IMG/VR virus record: IMGVR_UViG_3300032237_001402 | Span: 1 to 34,734 of that record | Direction: 5' to 3' (one strand) | DNA from: a virus | Taxonomy: Duplodnaviria > Caudoviricetes | Length of the DNA: 34,734 nt | Part shown: one piece after another, positions 1 through 9,033 of the stretch | Layout: every line of letters starts with the position of its first letter | Position numbering within the stretch: position 1 is the stretch's first letter | Made by a program: the position numbers and the translations under genes | The notes under the pieces: model-generated | What the model saw: only the letters and a program-made list of their open reading frames with translations | Database searches by the model: none | What the model was told of the DNA's origin: nothing

Positions 1-111
1 CAATGACCGCTAACTACCGGCTGAGGATGATATTATCATCCTTAGCACTCCATTTCGGACTACTATCGTCCTTTTTGAAGGGAAAATATTTTTAAAATAA
101 TTTACTTAAAA

Positions 112-143
112 GTTTGCGAAACGCAAACAAATGATTATCTTTG
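112..143 (+). promoter_or_regulatory. Bacteroidota primary-sigma promoter with overlapping palindromic operator
   Basis: TTTG (113-116), 19-bp spacer, TATCTTTG (136-143); perfect inverted repeat GTTTGCG-AAA-CGCAAAC (112-128) covers the -33 element. Confidence 0.75.
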
Positions 144-182
144 AGTATTATTAACCGCCGAAGGGCATAAACAGTACTTAAA

Positions 183-509
183 ATGGAAAAACAAATCCTA
201 CAAATCGCAGCTCAAAATCCTTACGGGTTTACGTTCAACTGCAAAACCAATTCACTTGTAAAGTATGGTATCGTTGTATCATACGAAGAAACTCAAAACT
301 GTTTCGGAGAAAACGGTTTGAGAAAAGTTATCGAACATGCGATGAATCATGACAGCATCATTGGAGGTTGGCTAAATTCAGAAAATGGTCACTTCTACTT
401 TGACAGTTGCAAGGTGTTCACAAACTTAAAGGAAGCAATTGAATTTGGAAGAGCAAACAAGCAAATTGCAATCTTTGACCTAACCAACTTGAACGAAATT
501 AAATTGTAA
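183..509 (+). CDS. Hypothetical phage protein (108 aa)
   Basis: Clean ORF directly downstream of a promoter and followed by a hairpin; GFT...GGW...YFD...QIAIFDL pattern. Confidence 0.8.
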   Translation: MEKQILQIAAQNPYGFTFNCKTNSLVKYGIVVSYEETQNCFGENGLRKVIEHAMNHDSIIGGWLNSENGHFYFDSCKVFTNLKEAIEFGRANKQIAIFDLTNLNEIKL

Positions 510-511
510 AC

Positions 512-537
512 AAAGCAGGGGCTTCGGCCCCGCTTTT
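512..537 (+). terminator. Intrinsic terminator or attenuator hairpin
   Basis: AAAGCAGGGGC-TTCG-GCCCCGCTTTT: cUUCGg tetraloop, GC stem, T tail. Confidence 0.7.
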
Positions 538-550
538 AAACTTTCATATC

Positions 551-1045
551 ATGACCACAAAAAAAGAAATTGAAGTATTATCCTGGTTCGTAAACGAAGA
601 GCCGGCTAAACAACTTATTCAACGCAGAGATAAAATCGCGGCCACAACCGGCGTGCACATATCAATACTTGAATTTGATGCTGCAGGAAAAAAGATTAAG
701 TTCCGCGTTGAGCAAAAGAAACTCATCAATAATTGGATACTTAGCCAGCACCAACTTGTAACACGGGTAAAAGAGCTTTTCAAAGATGTTATTCCTGCAG
801 ACTATCGCACCTTTTACAGTGCTCTCACATTCAATCCAAATTTGGATGAGATTGACTTCGATTGGATTACTTCAAAAATGGGCGAGTTTGGAATTACCAA
901 TGCAGATATCATCAAGCATCTGAACATTGACAAATCTACCTTATCACTTATGTATAACGGGGAACGCGGCTTGACAAAATCACAGAAGTCAGCTTTTTAC
1001 TATTACTTTATGGTGTTTGAGATCAATAGAGATATACGATCGTGA
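551..1045 (+). CDS. Protein with C-terminal XRE-type helix-turn-helix domain
   Basis: MGEFGITNADIIKHLNIDKSTLSLMYNGER fits the XRE/Cro HTH pattern. Confidence 0.7.
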   Translation: MTTKKEIEVLSWFVNEEPAKQLIQRRDKIAATTGVHISILEFDAAGKKIKFRVEQKKLINNWILSQHQLVTRVKELFKDVIPADYRTFYSALTFNPNLDEIDFDWITSKMGEFGITNADIIKHLNIDKSTLSLMYNGERGLTKSQKSAFYYYFMVFEINRDIRS

Positions 1046-1118
1046 AACGTAATGAATAGGCGTATATAAAGGAAGTGAATAAATATTTTGTTCATTAATT
1101 CAAGGAATTAACACCCAA

Positions 1119-1150
1119 CAAAAAGCCCGCTCTTCTCCAAGCGGGCTCTT
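1119..1150 (-). terminator. Intrinsic terminator between convergent genes
   Basis: AAAAAAGCCCGCT-CTTCTCCA-AGCGGGCTCTT; T-tract on the minus strand. Confidence 0.7.
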
Positions 1151-1165
1151 AAATATTGTAAGGTT

Positions 1166-1537
1166 TTAACACCAATTATGTGTACAGGCTCCTCTAATGT
1201 AGTGAAAGCCTAAATCCGGTATTCGAGACATATTTGTTGCACCATCGTATGAGAGAACGCCCAAGCCATCAACCGACTTAATCGGAGATGTAGGGCAAAC
1301 CAATTGTACCATTGGTTGAGGTTTTGCATCGGTGAAACAATAATCTTCGGCAAGAACTGCAGCGCAATCATACGCATAGCTTGTAATTGCCATTCGTGAA
1401 ACCGGTTTGAAATCGGCTAGACTCTGTTTGATTTTCGATTCGTGAATGCCAATGTGCTTTGGAGGGCTGGCATCTGCAGAAACGCTTGATAATGATAAGC
1501 ATGATACCATCATCAAGAATAAGAATTGTTTTTTCAT
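1166..1537 (-). CDS. Secreted hypothetical protein (123 aa, Sec signal peptide)
   Basis: Start moved to ATG 1537: MKKQFLFLMMVSCLSLSSVSADA; divergent from terS; terminator downstream. Confidence 0.7.
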   Translation of the reverse strand: MKKQFLFLMMVSCLSLSSVSADASPPKHIGIHESKIKQSLADFKPVSRMAITSYAYDCAAVLAEDYCFTDAKPQPMVQLVCPTSPIKSVDGLGVLSYDGATNMSRIPDLGFHYIRGACTHNWC

Positions 1538-1555
1538 AGAACGAATATACATATT

Positions 1556-1600
1556 AGTAATAAAATTTATTACTATAACCAAAACTAAATTTTAACTTTG
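1556..1600. promoter_or_regulatory. 19-bp palindrome copy 1 and terS -7 promoter element
   Basis: AGTAATAAA-A-TTTATTACT (1556-1574); TAACTTTG (1593-1600) 4 nt before the terS ATG. Confidence 0.7.
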
Positions 1601-1604
1601 TTTC

Positions 1605-2174
1605 ATGGCAAAGGCAGGAAGTAAGAAAATAGGTGGCACAACTGTTCAGCAAAAGTTGTTCGCTATTGAGTATTTCAAAAATGGTGGCAATGCCACACTC
1701 GCAGCCATCGAAGCCGGCTATTCGAAAAAGACAGCAACGCAAACCGGTTCGAGGCTGTTAACTTATGTTAAGGTAAAAGAGTATTTGAAAAAACTCACTG
1801 ACGAGCTTGAAAGTAGAGCCATTATCACAAAAGAACGCGTGCTTGAAGAGTATGCCAAAATAGGCTTCTTTGATCTCAGAACCATCTACAACGAGAACAA
1901 TTCACTCAAGAACATTAAAGACTTGGATGATGTAGCCGGCGCAGCCATTGCAGGAATCAAAGTGTTTGAAGAATTCGAAGGAACCGGAGATGAAAGATAT
2001 CATATTGGCAACACGGTCGAAATTAAACTCAACAGCAAGCTATCAGCCTTAGATTCCATCCGGGATACAATGGGATGGAAGGCACCAACCAAGCTAGCAG
2101 CCACGGACCCGGATGGCAAAGCCGTTAGTCAAAAAATTCAACTTTCGAACGGTCAAGAAATAGATTTATCCTGA
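1605..2174 (+). CDS. terS: Terminase small subunit
   Basis: N-terminal GNATLAAIEAGYSKKTATQTGSRLL HTH typical of the Terminase_2 family; coupled to terL via TGATG. Confidence 0.92.
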   Translation: MAKAGSKKIGGTTVQQKLFAIEYFKNGGNATLAAIEAGYSKKTATQTGSRLLTYVKVKEYLKKLTDELESRAIITKERVLEEYAKIGFFDLRTIYNENNSLKNIKDLDDVAGAAIAGIKVFEEFEGTGDERYHIGNTVEIKLNSKLSALDSIRDTMGWKAPTKLAATDPDGKAVSQKIQLSNGQEIDLS

Positions 2175-3496
2175 TGGAGATAACTTTCAAAGGCAGGCCC
2201 ACACAAGAAAAGTTGTTTAACACAATTATTCAGAGTGCAGAGGGCATACTGCCTCATAACGTAATTTATTCGGGCGGTGCCATTCGTGGTGCAAAATCGT
2301 TTACAAATTCTTTAGCCTTACTCACGCTTGCAAAAATGTATCCGAATTCGAAGTGGTCAGTTCATCGAAAGGACATGACGATACTTGAAAGCACAACCAT
2401 CGAGACTATCGGTAAGATTATTCAAGGGCAAAAGAATTGGCACTGGAGTAGGAAGCCCGGTAATTATCATCTCACTTACAAACCAACAGAATCAAGGCTA
2501 CTATTCATAGGCGCCAATGAAAGTAGGGATAAAGGATTCACAGATACACTAGGGCTTGAGATTAATGGGTGCTTTTTTGATCAGCTCGAAGACGTGTCGA
2601 TGGAATATCGAAATGCGGTCCGTCAGCGTCTTGGGTCGTGGCATATACTCAAAGAGCCTCGACCCATTGAGCTTGCAACCTTCAATCCTCATCCGGGATG
2701 GATTAAAAAAGAAATTTATCAGAAGTATAAAGACGGCACACTACCAAAGAACCACATTTACTTTCCACTATCGCCAATTAACGAGCCATCAAACACTAAG
2801 AGCCAGTGGGAAATTTGGTCAAGCATGCCCCCGGATGTAAGAGCGCGAATGATTGACGGGGATTGGAATAGCTTCGATAATAAGAATCCATTCTTTTACG
2901 CTTACGACGAATCGAAGCACGTGGGTACGGTCCAAAGAATCGAAGGTTATCCCATTATCCTTGCTTGGGATTTCAACATAGATCCTGCTACTTGTACGGC
3001 ATGGCAGTTGGCGCCACGTTCATTTGTCCATTGCCTAAAATCGTACAAGATTCATAATTGTACGGTCCGTGATTTATGCAGGCGCATTATGTCAGACTTT
3101 CCAATGGCCGTATTTCGAGTCACCGGTGATCCTTCGGGTAATAGTCGTAATCAGGGGTACAACAGCCCTAACGAAACGATGTACTCGATGATCAGAAACG
3201 AACTCAACATCAGCATGATGCAGGTTGATAAGCCCGAGATCAACTATGCAGGCGAAAACTATTGGAGAGAGATGCGGACCTTCTGCAATACCGTGCTCCA
3301 AAATCATCCAAACTTTATCCTCAATCGGGATACAACAGAGGACCTGAGAAACGATTTACGGATTGCCACAACCGAGGAAGGTAAGGATAAGCTGTACAAA
3401 ACATCGGGCAATACGGAGTACGGTATGCACCTTGTAGACACCTTCGTCTACCTGATGCTCACCTATTTTAACGATTATGTAAAACGTCGGTCATAA
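2174..3496 (+). CDS. terL: Terminase large subunit
   Basis: Walker A GGAIRGAKS, Walker B variant CFFDQLED, motif III ATFNP, nuclease motifs AWDFN, GDPSG, HLVD. Confidence 0.93.
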   Translation: MEITFKGRPTQEKLFNTIIQSAEGILPHNVIYSGGAIRGAKSFTNSLALLTLAKMYPNSKWSVHRKDMTILESTTIETIGKIIQGQKNWHWSRKPGNYHLTYKPTESRLLFIGANESRDKGFTDTLGLEINGCFFDQLEDVSMEYRNAVRQRLGSWHILKEPRPIELATFNPHPGWIKKEIYQKYKDGTLPKNHIYFPLSPINEPSNTKSQWEIWSSMPPDVRARMIDGDWNSFDNKNPFFYAYDESKHVGTVQRIEGYPIILAWDFNIDPATCTAWQLAPRSFVHCLKSYKIHNCTVRDLCRRIMSDFPMAVFRVTGDPSGNSRNQGYNSPNETMYSMIRNELNISMMQVDKPEINYAGENYWREMRTFCNTVLQNHPNFILNRDTTEDLRNDLRIATTEEGKDKLYKTSGNTEYGMHLVDTFVYLMLTYFNDYVKRRS

Positions 3497-3511
3497 AATT
3501 TATTACTTTTG
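3489..3511 (+). promoter_or_regulatory. 19-bp palindrome copy 2 overlapping a -7 element
   Basis: GGTCATAAAATTTATTACT (3489-3507); TACTTTTG (3504-3511); ATG at 3516. Confidence 0.7.
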
Positions 3512-3515
3512 TAAC

Positions 3516-4034
3516 ATGATACCACAACATCCAAGACACCGAGCCAAGCCGATAAAAGAAATAGGCGAACACAAATTTTATCTGATCAGCAAGGCAGATG
3601 AGATTCTGCATTCGCGGTATATGGTGGCAGAGGTCCAGGAGTTATATATACGCGCAGGATTATCGCAGGACTTCTTGTTGGCTATATCGCAAATACTCAT
3701 TGATAGAGCACTGGAGGCGAAAGACTTCAATAAGTTTAGAGAAGACGTCATCACTATCGGGCAGAACGTGAAAGGTCGCATCGGGTTCATGGCATCAAAG
3801 GAGATGTACGAAGAATTAGCATGCGTGTACGTGATGATGGACGATGAGCCTGCAGAATATCTTCCTGAATGGCAGGAGAAAAAGAAAGAAGTGTGGAAGG
3901 ATGAAAAAGATTTTTTTTTGTATGCGGTTTGGAAGCAAATAAACGGATCTCAGAATATCTCGATCAAAGATATTTTAGCCGTATTCCAAGCCGCAGAAGA
4001 AAGGATAGCACAATTACCGACATTGATAGATTGA
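3516..4034 (+). CDS. Probable tail assembly chaperone (gpG-like, 172 aa)
   Basis: Acidic helical ORF upstream of the tape measure gene with slippery T TTT TTT and an overlapping -1 frame ORF. Confidence 0.65.
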   Translation: MIPQHPRHRAKPIKEIGEHKFYLISKADEILHSRYMVAEVQELYIRAGLSQDFLLAISQILIDRALEAKDFNKFREDVITIGQNVKGRIGFMASKEMYEELACVYVMMDDEPAEYLPEWQEKKKEVWKDEKDFFLYAVWKQINGSQNISIKDILAVFQAAEERIAQLPTLID

Positions 4035-4222
4035 TAAAAAACTTTATCGAAGAGCGGAATTATCTACTCTTTACGATAGCGAATAGAGTACCATCAGAGT
4101 TAAAGGAGTTGATGTCGTGGAGCTTGGAAGGTTTGTATCAATTCATTTATGCCAATAACGTAGATGCAAAGAAAATTGAAGCCAGAAGAAAAACAGATGA
4201 TAATCGCAAGAAAATAAAATAA
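3911..4222 (+). CDS. -1 frame extension (gpGT-like, ~235 aa fusion)
   Basis: -1 frame opens after TGA 3902-3904 and runs to TAA 4222; heptamer 3911-3917, then a 5-nt spacer and a long hairpin (3923-3995). Confidence 0.65.
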   Translation, partial: FFFVCGLEANKRISEYLDQRYFSRIPSRRRKDSTITDIDRLIKNFIEERNYLLFTIANRVPSELKELMSWSLEGLYQFIYANNVDAKKIEARRKTDDNRKKIK

Positions 4223-4238
4223 GTACTAAATTTACATT

Positions 4239-4526
4239 ATGAAATTAACTACATCCTTACTACTGTTCGTTGGCTTAATGCTATCGCTTACTGCATTTGA
4301 GGGCTGTAAGAAAGCATCAAAAACAAGGCTGCAAGGCTATAAATGTTATCTGTGGGAGGATGTGATGGACAGTGTGGTTATCGGAAAAAGAGATACGATT
4401 CTTGTTTCAGTCGCAGATTTCCCTTACCCTTCAGCAAGCTATTTGCCTACACCACAAGCCGCGCATGATACATTTTATGCCCACAATAAGCTTTACTCGT
4501 GGATGTGGTATGAGTGCCATTACTAG
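4239..4526 (+). CDS. Putative lipoprotein (95 aa)
   Basis: Hydrophobic N-terminus ending AFEG-C followed by KK. Confidence 0.75.
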   Translation: MKLTTSLLLFVGLMLSLTAFEGCKKASKTRLQGYKCYLWEDVMDSVVIGKRDTILVSVADFPYPSASYLPTPQAAHDTFYAHNKLYSWMWYECHY

Positions 4527-4594
4527 AAGCGTTTAACACATATTGTTGGCTTACCTCAAGCCTATTTGAATTGAGTACTTAACACTTAATTCAA

Positions 4595-7261
4595 ATGGAA
4601 ATACTTGATCTGATAGCAAAAGTAAGTTGGGAAACAAATGAGAAGGCGCTTAAGGGCTTGTCTCAGGAATTATCTAACCAGGACAAACATCTTGAAGAGC
4701 TCAAACTCAAAGGCGCAAGGCTTAACGATCAGATGTCTAAGACCAATGATCCTAAGAAAGTTAAGACCTTAAACGATGAGCTTGGTAAAACAAAAAAAGC
4801 GGTAGATAATATCACTGAAGCCCACAAGAAACAAGCTACAACGGTTGATACGCTTCGCAAAAAACAATCCGACCTTTTAAAGGAAATCACCAAGACCAAT
4901 GACCCGAAGACGGTTGAGGGCTTGCTTAAGAATCTAAAGAATGTTGAGAAGCAGATGGACTCTCTCGCAGCTAAATCAAAAGGAGGTGGTTTAGGAACTT
5001 CGCTGCTCGAAGGATTTGGATTAGGAGCAGGTGTATTTACGTTTACTGCCGCCATCGAAGGTATCAAATCGTTTGTAGGCGACTCTATCTCAGAGTTTGA
5101 GGATGCCGAGAAAACAGCGTTAAACTTACAACGTGCTCTCCACGTTATCGGCAAGGATAAATACTTTGAAGGATTAAAAACAGAAGCAGATCAATTAGCA
5201 GAACAGTTTCACGGTTTATTTGATAACGATGATATTATCAAGGCTCAAACGGCTTTGGTTCAATATGGTAAGTTGAGCCGTGATGAGATTTCAAAAGTTA
5301 CCCCTGTTATCCTTGAACTTGCAACCAAAATGGACGGCGATTTGGTTGGGGCATCCGAAAAGGTGGTGAATATTTTAGAAGGACGCGGAGGTCAAACCCT
5401 GCGAGATTACGGTATCAGTGTAAAGGGCATTAAGACCGAACACGATCGTTTGAATGTGGTGCTTGGAGAGTTTGCAACTAAGTTGGCAGGAAGTGCAGAT
5501 GTTTGGGCAAAGACTGCAGAGGGGATGGAGGCAATCAACAAAACGTCGCTTAAAAACATAGAAGAAAATTTGGGTTCTACATTTGAGAGAATCAAAATAA
5601 AAATCCTTCCAATAATCACAGGGGCATTACAGGCTTTAAACTATGCGCTAGAAACACCTGCAGAAAAAGAAAACAGGCAGGAGACGCTTGTGAAAAATAA
5701 ATATGCGGGCTTGATTAAAAATTTCACCAAGGATCAAATTGAAATTGAAAAACAATCCTTGCGTGATAAAGAAAGAGAGTTGGACAAGTTGCGCATTGAG
5801 ATTGATCATAAGCAGAATGACTTATTGAAGGCTATGAATGACGACCGATCCGCAGCCTTGCAAGCTTCTTTGGAAAAAGATATTGAGAAATCGAAAAAAT
5901 ATCTTGAACAACAAACCACAATCCTAAAAGGGAAACATTTAGCCCTTCTCGGATTGGCGCCAAACGATAAAGGCGCTTTAAATCCTAATGCAAAAGATGC
6001 CGACCCTGAAGCAGAAGCAAAAGCAGCGGAGGAGGCAAAGCGAAGAGCAGAGGAAGCGAAGAAATATGCTATTGATCAAGCCAAGGTTATCAATGATGCC
6101 AAGCTCGCACTCATGGACGCACAAGACCGCGAGGAGAAACTTTTATTTCAGAAGAACGAGGAGGATAAAAAGAAACTCAAAGGCGCCAGCGACCACGATA
6201 AGCTCGTAGTTGAACAGGCTTACCAAAAAGAACTGAAAATGATTCGTGATAAGTATGCGAAGGCTTATTATGATGGATTGTATGATCAGGACCTAAAAGC
6301 GAAAAATGAAAAAGAGCAAGCCTACAAAGATTCAGAAGCTAAGGAAAAAACACACCAACAACATATCGCAGATCTTATTAAAAAGGGTGGTGCTGAACTT
6401 GTTCAAGGCGCAAAAGACGAGAAAGCAGAAAAGAAGAAGCTGGATGATGCGGAAGCTGCAGCCGAAAAAGAACTGATTGCCAATGCCAATAGTTTAGAAA
6501 CTCAAATTTCAAGCATATACACCACTGAGATCAATCATATCAACGAATTAATTTCAGCACAGGAAAAGCGTGTGGAGGTTGCAAAAACATCAAGCAATGC
6601 GAGTCTGAAAATAGAGCAGAACCGATTGGATGAGCTGGTTCGCAAGCGTGATCGGTACGAGAAGCAGCAACGAACAATAGATGCGGCAACCATTGTGGCA
6701 AATCAAGCCGTAGCCATATCGGGCGCTGTTAAAACCATAGCAAGCGGAGGCAATCCGGTGCTCATTGCAGCTAATGTGCTGGCTATCTTAGCCGGTATCG
6801 CAGCTTCAGTAAGTGCAATCAGGTCCATCAACCAGGGAGGGCAAGGATTTAGAGATGGAGGTTACACAGGCGATGGAGATCCGACAGATGTTTCAAACTC
6901 TTTGGGCAATAGAGGCTACAAATACCACAAAAAAGAATTTGTGATGAACGAATCACTCACATCCAAACATCGAGATATGTTGGAGGGCATGCACACAGGC
7001 AAGCTCATTGCTAAAAAGATGGGTGGAACTTACGTACTGATGCCTCGAACGCTTGATGTAGATAGCGCCATTGCCGACCACAACACTGTAAAAACAAATT
7101 TGAATACTGCCAGTATGGAAGGCTTGCTGAAATCGATTGATGATAAACTATCGGGCAGAGAAGTGAATGTGCATTTCAATGCCGATGCCGATGGCTTCAG
7201 CACACGTATTGCTTCTCAACTTGGACGCTTAAGTATTATAAACCAAATGAGAAACTCCTAA
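4595..7261 (+). CDS. Tail tape measure protein (888 aa)
   Basis: Long helical/coiled-coil protein, Gly/Ala hydrophobic segments, C-terminal FRDGGYTGDG...HKKEFVMN motif common in TMPs. Confidence 0.88.
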   Translation: MEILDLIAKVSWETNEKALKGLSQELSNQDKHLEELKLKGARLNDQMSKTNDPKKVKTLNDELGKTKKAVDNITEAHKKQATTVDTLRKKQSDLLKEITKTNDPKTVEGLLKNLKNVEKQMDSLAAKSKGGGLGTSLLEGFGLGAGVFTFTAAIEGIKSFVGDSISEFEDAEKTALNLQRALHVIGKDKYFEGLKTEADQLAEQFHGLFDNDDIIKAQTALVQYGKLSRDEISKVTPVILELATKMDGDLVGASEKVVNILEGRGGQTLRDYGISVKGIKTEHDRLNVVLGEFATKLAGSADVWAKTAEGMEAINKTSLKNIEENLGSTFERIKIKILPIITGALQALNYALETPAEKENRQETLVKNKYAGLIKNFTKDQIEIEKQSLRDKERELDKLRIEIDHKQNDLLKAMNDDRSAALQASLEKDIEKSKKYLEQQTTILKGKHLALLGLAPNDKGALNPNAKDADPEAEAKAAEEAKRRAEEAKKYAIDQAKVINDAKLALMDAQDREEKLLFQKNEEDKKKLKGASDHDKLVVEQAYQKELKMIRDKYAKAYYDGLYDQDLKAKNEKEQAYKDSEAKEKTHQQHIADLIKKGGAELVQGAKDEKAEKKKLDDAEAAAEKELIANANSLETQISSIYTTEINHINELISAQEKRVEVAKTSSNASLKIEQNRLDELVRKRDRYEKQQRTIDAATIVANQAVAISGAVKTIASGGNPVLIAANVLAILAGIAASVSAIRSINQGGQGFRDGGYTGDGDPTDVSNSLGNRGYKYHKKEFVMNESLTSKHRDMLEGMHTGKLIAKKMGGTYVLMPRTLDVDSAIADHNTVKTNLNTASMEGLLKSIDDKLSGREVNVHFNADADGFSTRIASQLGRLSIINQMRNS

Positions 7262-9033
7262 TGAAAGTAGAATTCAATCTAAATTGGGATAACATTACAT
7301 CATCCGGATGGGTTGATTATTCGAAGTACGTGAATATACAGGATATGAAGTTATCCAAATCACTCAATAGCGATAACGATCCGCAAAAACATGCAACCGG
7401 TGAAATTGAGATTTGGGAGGACGCCTATGTTGAAGTAAAATCTCAATTAATAGACAGTGCAGACCGTTACGCAAACTTTTTTGTTATTCGTGTAACTGAT
7501 CAGGATTGTGGAGATGTTGAGATGTACTTTAAAATTGAAGATAAGAATCTTTCGTGGTGCGATAATGGCGAGTGTAAGCTCCATCTCACACTCATCGAAT
7601 ACAATCCGGTACTCGATTGCATACACCAGTACCCAATTGGTACAAATAACAGTGGTGAGTTTCAAGATTACCCGGCAAGCGGCATGCCTCACCCTCGTTT
7701 CAGATACTGCGATGTGGTAAAACCTACGTTTTTATACGGCGTATTGATCACATTTGTGAACGCGGTATCTGCGGCAATTCTGTCTATCAATATTGCCATC
7801 GCCAGCATGACGGGAATTATTGTATGGATAGTTAACTTTCTTGGAGGGTCCTGGTCCGTGCCTCAAATCGGATACGGATTTGCCGAAAGCTTGATGGGGT
7901 GTTCGAGAGGCTTCCCGGCTCCGTTTATACGCACCTACATCGACAACATCTGCAGCATCTGTGGCACAACTGCAGACAGTGCAACCATACCCACATTTTA
8001 CCTTGCTGTGGATGCAAACGGGTACACCAACCAGTACTATTACGCTTGCCTAGTGAGTGCATTTACCAAGAAGGGTGTTGACATGGATGGGGGCAAAGAT
8101 TACATTCCCGCAAATGAGGTGAGTTGGACCTTGGACAAATTTCTTTCCATTCTAAAACAGCCGTTCAATGCAAGATGGTTTATAAAAGACAGCGTTGTTT
8201 ATTTTAACCGGTTTGATTTAATTGGAGAAAGCATTTGGGGCACAGGGAACGCTGTGGATTTTAGTACAGGAACGGACTCAAGTTACCTACTGGGCGATGT
8301 GTGTTATACGTTTAATGGCCAAGGCAAACCCAAACGCATGACGTTCAAATGGGGCACAGATCCAAGCGATAATATCGGCAACGAATTACTATCACGCTTC
8401 AATGGCATTTACGAAGATGGTAGCAACAACAAGAATTTCAACGAAATCATTGAGCAAAATAATTATGAGCTAGGCGTGGCCGCTTGTGTGCTTGATGGCC
8501 AGGATGGAGCCTACGACGTAAACATAGATAAGGCTTTGAGTAACACGCTAACAAGCTCTGATTATTCGGGCTGCTTGAAAACACAAGGCGATACTTTTGC
8601 ATTACCAAAGATTGTAATTTACGAACCCACATCACCTATAAAGGATGCAAGGGTTGCCGGTGCAGAGTATGACATTTATGGAGAGGATGGAGCCGATATA
8701 CAAGCCATGAAAGATGATGAGCCGAATTTTTGGCCATTACTTTCATCCGATTGTAAGAATTACAATTACCCTATGTCGTTTGACCCGGATGCGAATAATA
8801 TTGGCAGTAATGGGTTTAAAAATCTATGGGAATATCAATCGGCCAGCATACCAAGTGCATCAAAGAAATCAAACATCGATGTTGATTTTACCCTGGAGTA
8901 TTGTTGCAGATTTAGCAGCCTCAACATCTACCAAAAAGTAATGCTAAAGGACGGAGTACAACGAGCCGAAATATACTCGGTTGATTTTGATTATCAGAAA
9001 AGAGAAATAAAAATTAAAGCGAAATTAATATGA
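7261..9033 (+). CDS. Putative tail tip/baseplate protein (590 aa)
   Basis: Coupled to TMP (TAATG); Cys-rich; position-based call. Confidence 0.6.
   Translation: MKVEFNLNWDNITSSGWVDYSKYVNIQDMKLSKSLNSDNDPQKHATGEIEIWEDAYVEVKSQLIDSADRYANFFVIRVTDQDCGDVEMYFKIEDKNLSWCDNGECKLHLTLIEYNPVLDCIHQYPIGTNNSGEFQDYPASGMPHPRFRYCDVVKPTFLYGVLITFVNAVSAAILSINIAIASMTGIIVWIVNFLGGSWSVPQIGYGFAESLMGCSRGFPAPFIRTYIDNICSICGTTADSATIPTFYLAVDANGYTNQYYYACLVSAFTKKGVDMDGGKDYIPANEVSWTLDKFLSILKQPFNARWFIKDSVVYFNRFDLIGESIWGTGNAVDFSTGTDSSYLLGDVCYTFNGQGKPKRMTFKWGTDPSDNIGNELLSRFNGIYEDGSNNKNFNEIIEQNNYELGVAACVLDGQDGAYDVNIDKALSNTLTSSDYSGCLKTQGDTFALPKIVIYEPTSPIKDARVAGAEYDIYGEDGADIQAMKDDEPNFWPLLSSDCKNYNYPMSFDPDANNIGSNGFKNLWEYQSASIPSASKKSNIDVDFTLEYCCRFSSLNIYQKVMLKDGVQRAEIYSVDFDYQKREIKIKAKLI

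Noticed and set aside
1-100. Integron attC-like site (GCTAAC) or short ORF 3..95
   Set aside because: No matching GTTAGC R' box or attC-length dyad; the ORF is 30 codons with no support
4739-4915. KTNDPK repeat in the TMP N-terminus
   Set aside because: Ordinary internal repeat of a tape measure protein
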